A model generated the notes under the pieces. The model had not been told where the DNA came from and ran no database searches. It was given only the letters and a program-made list of their open reading frames with translations. From positions 15,254,001 through 15,318,000 of the forward strand of contig CM097885.1 in NCBI GenBank assembly GCA_044892525.1: a stretch of 64,000 bases of DNA, in the 5' to 3' direction. The first letter of the stretch is position 1. Every line of letters starts with the position of its first letter. The stretch comes from Schmidtea polychroa. Taxonomy: Eukaryota. The translations under genes were made by a program, and so were the position numbers. Shown in pieces: positions 14,239-27,801 of the stretch.

Positions 14239-16070
14239 CAGTATTTTCCCGCATATAACCTGTGGGTTATACCGAATTTTATATACCCACTGGAGAAGGG
14301 GTTGCGGGGGCAACGCTCCCTTTAATTTTTTTGCCGATGCGCGAATAAAAACTGATATGCGCATTTATTTTAAAAACTAGTCACATTATGTGCAAAGAAA
14401 ATTATGTTGTAATAGATTAAAATTTTCTATTTTTCTACGAAGAAATCAGATTTTAGATTACCACGTCGATCTTTATGATTTTCCCAAAAATTTAAAAACT
14501 TTTTGCACGTCAATTTCATTTTCACGCCTTAAAAATAATTTGATACGCATGAGATGGTCCAAATGAAATGTCTCTAATCTGTTTCTATCCTTTGTTTTAA
14601 TAGCATTCATTCTGTACTTGATGCTTGAAAAGTTGCAGAAATATCTATTAAAGACAAAAGCTCATGAACTGTTCATCCTTATTGCCAAGGTCTACCATAT
14701 CCGCGTAACTGCTTAGAACGCCAGCTTTAAATTTGGTTTGATATAAAAATATAAAATTCGAATATTGGCTCAGAATTTTCTTCTTCACTTCATTATAATT
14801 TGGAATAATTCTCGAGTAGATTTAAGTTTTAGTGTCCGAAATATTTTGCAATGTGGCCATTGATTTTCTGCACAAAATTCATGGCGGCGTTCAATTTTAT
14901 CGCCAAAATTACATTGTCAATTAAAACTTTTACAATTTCTGGATCGGCCTTTTGTCTTTCAGAATTTTCTACTCGCACCTCTCAGTAAGCAGTTGAACTA
15001 ATCCACATCTACGAGCTGTAAGAATTCCAAACACTTCGATGTGTGTTTTGTGATTTAGATGACGTTTCAGATAATCCAATTTCCAATCATCCCACTTTTC
15101 CCAATGGAAAATTCTCATCTACTTTCGCTTCGGTACAGAATTTACACCTAATTGTACCTTCTTCATTGAATTCGAATATATAATCTAGTTTCACATGCTG
15201 GGGTTCACGTGAATTTTGTATTTTAGTCTTAAAAAGTAACAAAAACTGAGCAGGTTTGAAATTTGGGCATATTTTCTTGTATATTGACGCTGGTTGAGTT
15301 GAGGATTTTCTTTTTGACATTGCTGAAGCTGGTTGTTTTGGTTTAGTACTTCTTGGCTGATGAGGAATTGTTATCATTGGAAGGACTGCAGTTCAAATAA
15401 TCCAAAAATAATCTTTTAAACTTTATTAACAAATTCTTGTATTCAAAAATATCTATCACAAATATCCAATATTAAACCAATCTGTTTTTTTACATAAACA
15501 TAAATGTTTTTAAGAAAGAAATAAAAAATAACAAAAAATGTTTTTAAACTGTTTTCATTCTAATTTAAATAAACGTTTTTTTGAAAATATTAAGCGCCTG
15601 TAAAATCACTACATTGGTATTGAATGTATTTTTTAAAAAAGTTTAAATTATTATCAACAAATATAAATGTAACACGTATTAATTATTTACAATTTCTCAG
15701 CACTGTATTAAAATATTAAGTTTATTCGGTTTATGTTCGAAATATACTAAACAATGCACTTTATAATAGCACTTAGTATTGTAAAAATAAACCTACTTGG
15801 ATCGATATTAAAAATTATTTTTTAAAAAAGGTTATTTTTAATTTTTTTATTCTCGCAACAACGGATGCTGTGAGCAACAAGCTATCCTTTATGTGCGATT
15901 GCACATGCGCGCAGCTTAAAGGGAACGTTAGTGCGGGGTATATATGGGTGTGGGTTATATCAAACCTTTTTTACACGTATTGGTTAATTTTTACGCAAAA
16001 CTTAAAAACTAGCGAGGTATAAGAGGGTGTGGGTTATCTTCGTATGTGGGCTATATGCGTGAAAATACGG
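14239..16070. mobile_element. Non-autonomous Tc1/mariner-pogo-type element with TA target duplication (interrupted by a hAT)
   Basis: TA+CAGTATTTTCCCGCATATAACC on the left; GGGCTATATGCGTGAAAATACGG+TA on the right. Confidence 0.7.
14311..15930 (-). mobile_element. Nested hAT (ZNF862/Tip100-like) element with transposase N-terminal remnant
   Basis: TIRs CAACGCTCCCTTTAA / TTAAAGGGAACGTTA, flanked on both sides by TGCGGGG. Zinc-finger remnant CKFCTEAKV...LDYLKRHLNHKTH. Confidence 0.6.
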
Positions 16071-18098
16071 TACACTCTACATGGAACTGAACTTCTTTAT
16101 GATTGAACCAAGCGAAATGGCAAATACCATTAGTAGCATTTTCGATACTATCCAATATCATCTCCTTCATTGTCGTTAATTTTGAAAGCTAGACCATAAA
16201 GTAATAGTTTATAAAAATCTCCGACAAAATAATACCTTTCTTAATTGACAAATGACTCTAAATATCTATTCATTTTAATCGGGAAACACATTAATTCTAA
16301 ATTTTTTGTATCTTCCTGAAAGCTGTGCCCTAGTCATTATTGTTAATTAATAATTTTTTCATCATAAAACTATAAAAAAAATTCCATTTAAAAAATAAAA
16401 TTGATAAAAATTAGAAACAGACGTTAAAGTTTTCACAAATATAAAGACAAATTTCCAACACACTATTTCTAAAGCTTTTCATTGCATAAGATTTAAAAAA
16501 GGAGTTTATTGATGTATTAATTATTAATAAAAAATACCTACAAACACATACACATAACCATCAAACAATCTTAAAATAAACTACTATTTTGACATAATAA
16601 TACGCAATAGGTTAGTTTTAATTAATTGTATAATATTTATTTATTTTATCCATGTAATTTTATTTCTTTCTCAAATTTGACCAAGATTCCAGCATAATCA
16701 AGGAATCCTTGTTATAACATCAATTCTCCTACTTATCTCATGCAACGCTGTTTTCTGTCTTATTATTACTATTATCATAAAATGAATTTAAAATTTAGCA
16801 ATTTTTAATTTTAATCGACAATATAATATTTTTATTTCCATATCAAAAAATCGAATTTTATCGAATTAAGCATAATTTTTCATATTTCATAAAGAATATC
16901 CTTTAATTTTAAATATTTTAATTAAGCTTTACTTATAATTTTTATCCAATGGTTATGGTAACGGTAACTAAATTTGTAAACCATAATTATAAGGTGATAT
17001 CATGCTAATCCCAACTAATAAAAATCGTGCTCATTCGGATTAATAGATTTCCAACAAAACCATAACAGAATAATCAAAATCATTTTATTTTTTCTAATAA
17101 ATTTAATTTTGTAAATAAAAGATGAAAAAACTATTGAACTGTAATGCCAAACATAAAAAAATAATATACAAGCTTAATTTATTAAAAAGTTTAGTTTGTG
17201 TGTATTATTGAGTGTCAGCTCCTTGGAATGGAGGTGCCGTGAGATGCTCTACTTCTCTTCCTTCAGACTAGACTGGTGCATTGTTTAAATTTTTTTTGAT
17301 TTCCTCTTCATCCACAATGAGGATTCTGATTTAATATATAATTGCTTAATAAATTTAATTTAATTTTCGTCAAAAATCAATTATAAAAATGTGAACATAA
17401 AAATTGTTATGAATTTCGTAAAAACGTTACTGATTATATATTTTTTGGGAGTTTGGAAGCTAAATTTTTTCGAATGCTTCTTCTTGGAGCTGCATTGCAA
17501 ATTAAACGTTGCGGAATAGCTTATCATCCTGTCTAACTAATTCTACAGACATTAAAATTTTTTTCTTTTATAAATTTTCTAATTTCAGTATTTAATTTGA
17601 TTTCGAATTCACTTTCCGTAATATATGTTCGCGAAATTCCAACATCTGAATTTATATTTATAACGAAATTATGAACTCTTTGAATTTTTTTTATCTTGAT
17701 AAATTTTCGAAGACTACTTCTTTTTCATGACGCTAGAATTTCCTTATGTTCTACTGCTTCACAAAAAGCAGCAACTCAAAACAATACATAATATTATTAT
17801 TATTCAATAACTTGAAATTTTGACAGCTAATGAACCCTTCCAACTTTTAAATACCTATAATCCAACTTACACTAAAATCAACTTTTAACATTAAAATGAC
17901 CTTAAATCACCATTAACCTTAAAACGACCCCGGCTTTAGAAAGGCCTTAACCTTTGACCTTAATAATTACATAAAATGTAGGTATGTGATTCAGAACTGA
18001 CACTATTCAGGATAGGCTGTGTTGATGTTAAGCCTTAATAACTGGACAATTTCCTTTTGAAGAGCACACGTCTCATTATTGTTGATTGGCTCCATTAA

Positions 18099-18760
18099 CA
18101 CTAGATTTACCACACCAGTCAAAATGACTGGTTTTACAATTTCATTTTTGAATTCCTACTTCGCCTTGATTTTTTTTGGAAATGATTGATTGACTTTTTA
18201 ATTGATAACTAAATGAATAATATTATGCTGTTAGTTTTATATTTTTATTCATAATTAAAAAATTTTTGATTATCATCGGTACTTATACCGAACCAGTCAA
18301 AATGACTGGTGTATTTTTCTATGTAATACAATGAAATTACATAGTTATAAAAAATTCTAAATGCTGCGCAATTGTAGCACGATAAAAACAAAATTTCAAG
18401 CTGGTGATAATTACATAATTCGCAATAAATTTGCAGTCGTTGACTGAATTTTGTGAGGTGTTCACTGTGGAATTTCGCTGAGCACACTGGAAAGAAACAA
18501 ATCTTTGGATAATAAATAATTCAAGATATTTTTTGGTAAGAAAACTAAATACAGAGAGAAATATTATTTTATTAGTGTGAATTGATTTTTATATCGCCAG
18601 GCCCCTAAAAATGGCAAAACAAAAAAAAGCTTCAGTGTTTTTGGAAAATATCACGGACATTCCTATGGAATGTTCGGATGTTGAAAATGATGAGCTTTAT
18701 AATAGCGAAGGCGAATTATTAGATAAAGAAAGTGATCCACATGGAATGAAACGCAAAATT
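18099..18760 (+). mobile_element. piggyBac 5' end with transposase N-terminal fragment
   Basis: TTAA+CACTAGATTTACC; palindromic CCAGTCAAAATGACTGG twice; acidic N-terminus MAKQKKASVFLENITDIPMECSDVENDE at 18611. Confidence 0.6.
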
Positions 18761-19989
18761 CTATTAACATTTGTTACAAATCAATTTTCTTTAAAAATTA
18801 TCATTTACCCTGTTAATATATTTGCTAATGTAATATGTTGTATACCAATTATTATATAAGAAAATCCTTCTTTTTTCATCAGAACTATATAAGAAATATA
18901 CCAAAAAGTACAAAATAAAATAAAATGTTTCAAAACCGGTCCTTACAATACAAAAACAGTCGCAAGATTAACAACATAAGGTAAATCATCAATTCATCTG
19001 CTCGAGAATGTCCAGCGCCAGTTATTTAATAATAAAAGCACGTTCAGTTCGAAATTTTGGAATTTTAAATAAGCTTTGATAGGCGGTACAAAATTTGACG
19101 TGAAACCTGTTTGATAAAAGTTTCTTATTTACCCATCCTTTACTTTGAGTTCTGTACAAAACATGGAAGCATCAGTTCTTAAATGGTCCTGGGTGTTTTG
19201 ATTTTCCAATCATAAATACCTTAAATTGATGTTTTTCTTAGGCATCCAGCACCGAGACTTCATTTTTGTAAATTAGAATTTTCCATATTATAAATTTCTT
19301 ATATTTTATTCAAACATTTTCTTTTTTATAAGTTTTAATTAGAAAAATGTCATTAAACAAAATTTCGAAATACCGCGGCGTTTCTCAAATTTTTCTATCT
19401 AGCCATCACTTGTTTTGAATTCCTGATCGTGTAAATTTATGAATAGAAATGCATAATACTGCTTTAAAATGCATTTGGCGATGGGAGTATGAAGAAAAAT
19501 CGCTAAAAGAGTTTATCTCTTGCCTGGTCCTTTTAAAATTAAAATTCCTTTTTTGTTTTTTTGTCACTGATTGTATTCAGTAGCAATTTTGACGTGACTG
19601 CTTCGTTCTTTTTATGACGCAGAGTTATTTTATACTTTCCCGATAATGTTAATGTTGTATTTTCTTTTGGGAGGCGTCAACGAGGTAACCATTTTAATAA
19701 AATGAAATGTTGTGTTGAAAGCATTAAAATGATGAAAAGTAACTATACCTTTAAAACTTATCGGAATAATTGAATGAATGAATAATTTGCAGCAAAGTAT
19801 AAACTCATTAAAATATAACTAGGTCAGCATTACACACAATAAGGCACTAAATTCAACCTAAGCCATACATAAAAATTCCAAACACACACACACGAAGTGC
19901 AGACAAATAAATGCACACAATTCAGAACTGATCATCTTCTCTCCCTTCACACCTTAGTGCCAACCTTAACACCCCATTAAGTTTTCATT

Positions 19990-21300
19990 CACAATTACGC
20001 ATAATTTTGTAATTTGTATCAATATCTATTTTTCTTCGCATTAAAACTTACGATAAGCAATTTCTCATTCCTACCAGGTATCACTTCCATCACACCCATT
20101 GGACATTTTACGTAGTAATTCTTTTTATCTACATCCTCTATTCCATTCCGTTTCCCTTTTTGTTTTTAAAACGGAATCAATTTTTTTCATTCATCGTTGC
20201 CAGAAGTTTTCAGTCAACTCCTGCATTCGTTTCCACCGACAATGTCCCTATTGATTTTTTTTGTTTGATCTAAAAGATAGTTGGGTTCATTCGACCACAT
20301 GGTGCTTTCTGCCAAATCCGACACTAACACTCCTCTTTTAATCAAGTCTGCTGGATTTTCACTTCTTGGGACATAACACCATTGCTTTGTATTCGTTATC
20401 TCTTGAATAAATACAATTCAATTAGCTACAAATGGCTTAAACAACCTCGCATAATTTCGTACTGCCCGTCCAAAGTCATAGCTTACTCATCAATTTACCA
20501 AGAACTTATGTTATTCTTTCGTTAATTTAACCCCAAAGCACGCTGCGATTAGTTCATCTCGATATACTAATAATTTGCACCGGGGCAACTTTAGCTTTTA
20601 ACGCAATGAAGCATGCTTCGAGCTCCGACTTAAGTGTCTTCCTAGAGATATATTACCGATCAATATACTCTACTTGAAGCATGGAAAAACACATGTAACT
20701 GCCATTTATTTCTCGGATCTTTAAATATCTGGAAATTCACAGGCTCTCGAGATGACATGCGTCCTCAAACCATTTGCTTATTTCTTTTTAAGCTATGGTG
20801 GTTGGGCTTTGTCTTACTCAAGATCTAATAACTACAATTTCTGTATGATGATTTTTCCTAATATTATGAATATACATATTAATCCCTATGTATTTCTTTC
20901 CATAACCTCTTTTCTATTTGAAATTGGTATTCACTTAAATTCGTTACATCTCTAGACTAAAACCATTCTAGTTTATCTCCGTTCCATTTTTAAATCCTTC
21001 ACCTGTTGCTTTGTAGAACGAGTATGGCTTCCTTAATTCGTGTTTCCCATGGTAATTCAGGTAGTTTCTACCTCTGGGCAATCGTATAGCCTGTTGTTGT
21101 TTTGAGTTCTTAAAACTACTTTATTTTGATCTTTGCATTTCAGCTTCTTGTTGTAACTATTTTAATTCCTTTATCGTTTCATCTCATAATTTCAATTATG
21201 TGTTTCCATTTATAAATCCAATTTTTGGCGAACTTTCCTAAACACTTGATAAACGCATTTAGTATTCATCTCAAATTCTTTCCCAGTACATTTAAAACGA
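19990..21300 (-). mobile_element. Heavily degraded LTR-retrotransposon pol remnant
   Basis: Fragments YVPRSENPADLI (RNase H-like) and GHCRWKRMQELTENFW (integrase zinc-finger-like). Confidence 0.4.
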
Positions 21301-21883
21301 AGATTTTCCGTTTCCAATAGTCAAACAAACAATTCTATATCTTTTAAGTTACCGGCAATGCTCAAGAACTTGAGTGCAGAGATGACGGACAGTCTCTCCA
21401 ATGTATATGGCATTACATCCATTACATTCTGAACACAGGCCAACTGGAGTTGGAGACTTATTAATATACATGCTACCAACCTTGCAAGACGTTGAAACAA
21501 TACTAAATGTAGTCTAAATCAGTGCTTTTTTTCTGAGAAAAAAAAGTCGGAACGTATCTGTACTATCCTTTATATGCAAAAAAATGACGCTGAAATTAGC
21601 TGACAAATAAAATAATTATGCAGGACACAAAATATACATTCATTACCGACGACAGGAAAGATTTTAAAGACGTAGTATATTAATGACTTTTATTTACCGT
21701 GAGCGTGTTTTATATAATAGTAATAACATATAAAGCACGGAGTTATGATTCACTCGCTTTGGCGTACGACTACTACTTTTAATTTGATTGTAATTGACTA
21801 TTTGAAATGTCAGAAATAGAAATATGACAAAAACCAAAACATATGTCAATTTTTTAAAATCATTCAGCGAAAAAGGTGCCGGA

Positions 21884-22326
21884 AATATAGTCTAAATATA
21901 GTCTAGTCTAAATATAGTCTAGTCTAAATATAGTCTAAATATAGTCTAAATATAGTAAATATAGTCTAAATATAGTCTAAATATAGTCTAAATATAGTCT
22001 AAATATAGTCTAAATATAGTCTAAATATAGTCTAAATATAGTCTAAATATAGTCTAAATATAGTCTAAATATAGTCTAAATATAGTCTAAATATAGTCTA
22101 AATATAGTCTAAATATAGTCTAAATATAGTCTAAATATAGTCCAAATATAGTCCAAATATAGTCTAAATATAGTCTAAATATAGTCTAAATATAGTCTAA
22201 ATATAGTCTAAATATAGTCTAAATATAGTCTAAATATAGTCTAAATATAGTCTAAATATAGTCTAAATATAGTCTAAATATAGTCTAAATATAGTCTAAA
22301 TATAGTCTAAATATAGTCTAAATAGT
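21884..22326. repeat. 11-bp minisatellite (AAATATAGTCT)n, about 40 copies
   Basis: Directly visible and nearly homogeneous. Confidence 0.97.
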
Positions 22327-22412
22327 AACTTTATATTGCATATTTGGGATGATGTTATTGTTTGTTACATTTTTTTATTATTATGATTCGTCCGTTACAT
22401 ATTGTCTACCAG

Positions 22413-23082
22413 GTTATGATTCAACGGATAATATTCGACACCGTCAAATTGTGTCCTCGTAGTTTGTTCATATTTGACGAAGTTCATGAAATGCCGGAGA
22501 ATTTGCTAGATGCTCTGAAACCCTTTGTCGATCATCACCCATCTATTGATGGGGTTGATTTTAGAAAATCTATGTTCATTCTCATCAGGTAACATTGGTA
22601 ACATTGTGAATGGGAAATTTATCGTGAAACTCGAAAACAGTAATTCCGGCGGGCGGAATATCAACAATATCCTGGTAACGGCACGACTTGCTGGAAAGAG
22701 TAGGAGTCAACTATCACTAGGAGAAATGGAAGATGCGTTATTGACAAATCTCTATTCCATGAAGAGTATGTAACTGCGTTGCTTTTGCATGCTGCAAACT
22801 CCAATTTTATCGATTCGATTTGCAGATGATGGATTGAGACGGAGCAAGCTGATTTTCCACAATTTGATCACCTCGTTCGTGCCGTTTTTGCCCATGGAAC
22901 GCGAGCAAATCATTCTCTGCATCAAGAGCATTTTATCGGAATTGAAGCTGCCTGGCGCCTATGATGAATCGATAATCGATCAGGTGGCGAATTCATTGCA
23001 TTATGAAGATTCCGGCGGGATCCAGTTAGCACGGCAAGGTTGCAAGCGAATCGATGATAGAGTTCGAATGTTCCTGAATTAG
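22413..23082 (+). CDS. Torsin-family AAA+ ATPase, last three exons (22413-22588, 22641-22765, 22826-23082); 5' exons not found
   Basis: CPRSLFIFDEVHEM (Walker B), DGVDFRKSMFILISNSGG (sensor 1), LITSFVPFLPME, GCKRI (sensor 2). GT-AG introns of 52 and 60 nt join the exons in frame. Confidence 0.9.
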
Positions 23083-23349
23083 TTCATTTAATAAAGCTTT
23101 TTGTCTTTTTTTATTTATATTTTGTGAATATTTTTTACTAGATTTTGATTGGCTGAAATTATTTTTTTATAAATAATAAATCTATTATAAATAATATTTG
23201 CTGATTGCCATGGTGACGCAATTGATTTGTTAGAATAATAATAATAATAATCGAGTATTAATTTTTTTTAAATGAGAATTAGAGAAATTTAGCATTAATT
23301 ATATTGAATAATTTTTATTTATATTTTATGGCCATTATTTATATTCAGG

Positions 23350-23873
23350 CAGCGCTTTGCAACCTTTCTGTTATTGCTACCCAGTTTACTAACGTAAATA
23401 TTTTCCCCGCCCCCCTGAAGAAAAATTTCTAGCAAATTACGACTGGGTTAGGGACCAATATGCACAATGTTCCACAAGGTCTCTCGACTTCTGAAGAGGA
23501 AACTTTTATTGATTTTACAATAAACAGTGAAATCAAAAGACAATTTAATAAGAAATAGATTTTTGAAATTTGGACTGGTTTGGATGACGAGTTTGCGACA
23601 TTAAAACGAAGAGCTTTGCAAATACTTATACCGTTTTCAACATCTTATCTTTGCAAAACCGGATTTTCTGCGGTGGCTTCGTTGAAAACAAAATACAGAT
23701 CACAGCTAAATATAGAAAAAGAATTTACAGTATCCATATCTGGTATTACTCCTTCATTCCAAAAACTTTGCAATGAGAAACAGGCTCAAGGAAGTCATTA
23801 ATTAATAACATAACATGTTTAACTGGTATTTGTTTCATACTAATAAACTAAAATAATAAATTATTTATAGGTA

Positions 23874-23915
<42 letters not shown>

Positions 23916-24006
23916 TTTTTAATTATACAATTTCTTTTATTTAACCTTCAACAAAGTCTAATTTTGTTTTTAAATATACTCGCGCCCCACAGGTTGAGAA
24001 TCGCTG
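23350..24006 (+). mobile_element. Internally deleted hAT (Buster-like) element retaining the dimerisation domain
   Basis: TIRs CAGCGCTTTGCAACC / GGTTGAGAATCGCTG; 8-bp TSD TATTCAGG/TATTTAGG; ORF 23580-23801 IPFSTSYLCKTGFS...KTKYRSQL...QGSH. Confidence 0.88.
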
Positions 24007-24369
24007 TATTTAGGTACATTATTTTTGTTATTTGTGCCTTATTAATCTATAATTAGCAGGATTTCGAATTTAAAGCTTTAAATGACTCATTACAACGCAT
24101 AACACGCTAATCAAGCGATAGAGAAGAGGAGATAGACAACACAGCTTCTAATACAAAAAGCCCAAAAGAAATTCGAAGAAAGCCGGTACCTTTTCAGACT
24201 TATGAGAACAAGGAACAAGCTGTAGAAAAATAAAGAGTGATATTATGTATCATCATACGAAACTGTTAAAATCTCAGACAAAGATATAAAATGTTGCGAA
24301 AATGGTCGATTTAATATTTTCGAGACCTTACTTGCTACAGAATTCAGCATTTGGTGTGTCCATACCAAA

Positions 24370-24567
24370 CAATATATAAATATGAACGACAGGTATTTGT
24401 ACCTGTACTGCATTTCTAAAGCACTACCTTTGCAAACATGCGGTTGGTATGGTAATGATATTAAAGTATTACACACCACCACAAGGCGCAAAAATGTCGA
24501 TATTGGAACCAAGCGCAAGAGAGGAAGACCTTCGAAAGGTAAAAAAAAGCTTTTCCTAAGAAAATGA
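24370..24567 (+). mobile_element. Mutator (MULE) transposase C-terminal remnant (SWIM finger plus AT-hook)
   Basis: ICTCTAFLKHYLCKHAVG, then after a frameshift KRKRGRPSK. Confidence 0.65.
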
Positions 24568-24824
24568 TAATATTATAAATGATGATCTGTGATGTTTTTC
24601 AATTTTAAAATAATATTAATAAATGTGATTTTTTGTCAAATGTTTTTTTTTTAAATTGATTAATTAATTTTTTTATTTAAATGAATGTAATTTAAATTAA
24701 TTAAAATAATAAAATATTTTCTATAATGCTATTAAATTAATGCTGAATTAAATACGAGCAACAGCAATATCAAATGATTAAAAGATCTAAATGTGCAACT
24801 AAAACTGCCTAAAACAAACGAATG

Positions 24825-25046
24825 CTCTCAGGGTCAAATGACCCGCTGTGGTAGATAACAGTTTACGACAAATATTACTCAACATAAACTAAACCAAAAA
24901 AAAATAAAAACATACTATATTAACTGTAGATTTATTAGTTCGAAAAAATCATGAAGTCAAATGTGCAAAAGCAATAAAATGATACGTGCATTTTCAATAC
25001 AAAAGTTCAAAATGGGTCATTTGATCCGTTATGGTATGTCAAGTGT
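24825..25046. mobile_element. Possible piggyBac-type right end
   Basis: Palindromic GGGTCAAATGACCC and GGGTCATTTGATCC; terminus GGTATGTCAAGTG followed by TTAT. Confidence 0.35.
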
Positions 25047-25539
25047 TATTCCTTTTGTTACAAATAATGCATTTAATACAAATAAAAAAGTTTTCGACTA
25101 TAATAAGATAGCCCTTTTCAATTTCCTGGAATTTGGTTTCTTCTATTTTCAAAATGCATTATGATCTTTTTTATTCTCATTGGTTTAAAATAATAATAAT
25201 CTTTTTCTGAAGAATTTAAAATTAAAATTTTTTTTTAATTAAATATTTGATAAAATTCAAAACGAAACACTAAAGATTTTTTTTAATTTTTAAAGCTTCT
25301 ATAATTAGCTCATACGAACCTATTTTAATAAATAATATCTTAAAATATTTTTAAAATATAGTTTCCAATAAAATTTTATTTACGCAATCAAGGTTTTCTT
25401 TCATTTGTATTAAATATATTACTTGCAGCAAAAGGCTTAAATTATAATTTAATTGTTTAACATTTTTTTACCTAATTAAATGCAGTAATTTTTTATAAAG
25501 TTTAAGCAGATTTCGATTTTTCTTATAATTATTCTAGTA

Positions 25540-26120
25540 TAAAATCTTTGAGTTATTATTTTGCAAATCGGTTTTCTCTGACTTCTCGTGTTCTTATTTA
25601 AACAAATAAATCGAAAACCAATACAGAATAACTTTATTAAACTTCAATCAAAATTACAATTCGTCACTATATTTGCACCTTTCTCTGCAATAAATCTTGC
25701 TCGCTAAGGTAGACAACTCAAGTGGCAATCACCTTTTCTGGTACGAAAATTAAACTTTGCTTTCAATCTCCAGATTTCGTCTTCTGATCGTTGACTGCTT
25801 CTTCAGTTAATTTCTTTTGCTCCGGATTAGCGCTCGTGCGAGTCGGCTTCCATATCTAACCATTCGGGTCTCAATGGGCTTTGGGTTCCCTTCAGTGCTC
25901 GGGTATCAAATGGGCTCGGGTTCCGATTACTTATTAATTAACTTTAATTAATTTGTTTTTTCTTTAGAACTTTCCCTGTGAACCCCTTATTAAATTTTCA
26001 TTAAAATTTCTGAATTTGTCTTTCCATTTGACTGTCAACCATACCCATTTCCCCGTTCAGTATTGATTTTCTCTTTTTATTGAATTTTAATTAATTTTAT
26101 ACTTTTTTTTGACTTTAACA
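25540..26120 (-). mobile_element. Degraded solo LTR-like element, same family
   Basis: Reverse complement carries the GAAGTCAGAG 3' block, CCCGAG repeats and a TGTTAAAG start. Confidence 0.4.
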
Positions 26121-26385
26121 AAATTTGTTATACCTTCCTTCTAGTACTAACCCCAACAATACCAAATGATAAATATAACTTTCGTCTTGCTTTACTCTCC
26201 ACAAAATCTTTAATAAGATCACCGTAGGTCATAAATAAAGTTAGTTCACTTAAAATTGACAATATTGATAGATTTTTACAACATATCTCCCACAACTCTA
26301 GATTTCGGATAATTTTTTGCACGTTGGTGACCAATTAGTTTGTCTTACTACGTGAATTTTGTATTGACAAAAATATATATATAAA

Positions 26386-27231
26386 TGTTGAGTATTTTGT
26401 ACAAGTCGGTATTACTGTCTGACTCCTTTGTGTTATTTTCGAAATTAAATTTACAACCCAACACAAAAATCTTTATTTGAGACTAATACAGTTTCACTTT
26501 AGTTACACTTTTTATTAATTCAACCTGCACTTTTCAATACAACTACAAATCTTACGCAGTGATAAATCTTCCAACGGGAGATGCTCCTTTCTGGTACGTT
26601 CGATTTAAATTATTCAATTGATACTAACTTCAAAGTTTTCTTTGTTACTCTCGCTAAACTTCTCGTTTATTTTTTTTGATCACTGGCAATTTTGTTTACT
26701 TGACGGTCGCTTTTATACCCATTTTGTAATTAATTTTACTTTATCAAATAAGTCTAGATCCAACTTCCTCCCGGGCTTCCTCTTGTAGCGCTAATTGCTT
26801 TGAGGAATTTACTCGTCTCCTTTGACGGCTGGCCCCAATTTAATTTTAGTCGGCTGATTTAATCGCCTTTCCTAATTTGATTGATAATTCAGGTTCTCTC
26901 AAATCGCTCGGGTTTTCCATTGTCTCGGGTTTACCATTAGCTCAAGTTCTCCAATAGCTTGTGTTTCCCATTAGCTCGGGTTCTCCATTAGTTATTTAAT
27001 TTTTAATTAATTTTTGATTTTTGTAATTTATTCCTTCTCGGGACTCCCCATTGATTTTATTTTATTATAGTTGAACTCGTCTCATTATTCAGTATCTGTC
27101 CATACCAATTTCCCCCGGTAAATATTCATTTTTAATTTCTTTTAAATTAATATTTTGTACTTTAAATTTTTATTGTGAATTTGATGTTTTTATTGATTAT
27201 TTTACATAAAATAATAATTTGACCTTCAATA
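26386..27231 (-). mobile_element. Solo LTR-like element, same family
   Basis: Reverse complement runs TATTGAAGG...GGAGTCAGACAGTAAT...ACTCAACA, with CCCGAGC repeats as in the 58602 copy. Confidence 0.55.
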
Positions 27232-27801
27232 ATAAATTTATAAAATATTAAAAATTTTAATTGCTGTTTTCTTTTCATATTATATTTTGTACTTTTATTT
27301 TTAACTTTAGCTACTTGAAGAATTTCAATAGATATATTATCAAATAAGTCTTTGTTTAAATAGAAGATATAATATCATTAATTCAATGCAAAATATAGAG
27401 TTCACTAAAACAAAAACTGATGAAAATGTATAAATAATAAATATATTTTCATTGGTATCATTTTTTGGTTATAAATGCAATTAGAAATGAAAGATTTATA
27501 AATAAATATAATTTTAGTGACAAATTTTGTAATCAATCGCGTCTTCCTCGCGCCGTAATAACTGAAATTGCGTAAAAATATAATATATATTTTATTCATA
27601 CATAAACGATATTTATTAATTAAAATACATTTCATATTTTAACATTAATTCTACACTAATTAAAATAAAATTAAAAATAATATTAAAACAAATTAATTTA
27701 TATTTCAATAATAAGTAAGATGGGCGAGGATAATGTTGAGTCTCCAGATTGGAATTGCGAAGAATAAAATAAAATATATAAAAATCTTGCAGTCAGAGCT
27801 T

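Noticed and set aside
21884..22326. CRISPR-like appearance of this array and the 31-bp array at 62640
   Set aside because: Head-to-tail repeats with no unique spacers, no cas genes and a eukaryotic context.
18099..25046. One large piggyBac element capturing the torsin exons
   Set aside because: The two ends differ in terminal and internal palindrome sequence and the right flank is TTAT, so they more likely come from separate elements.
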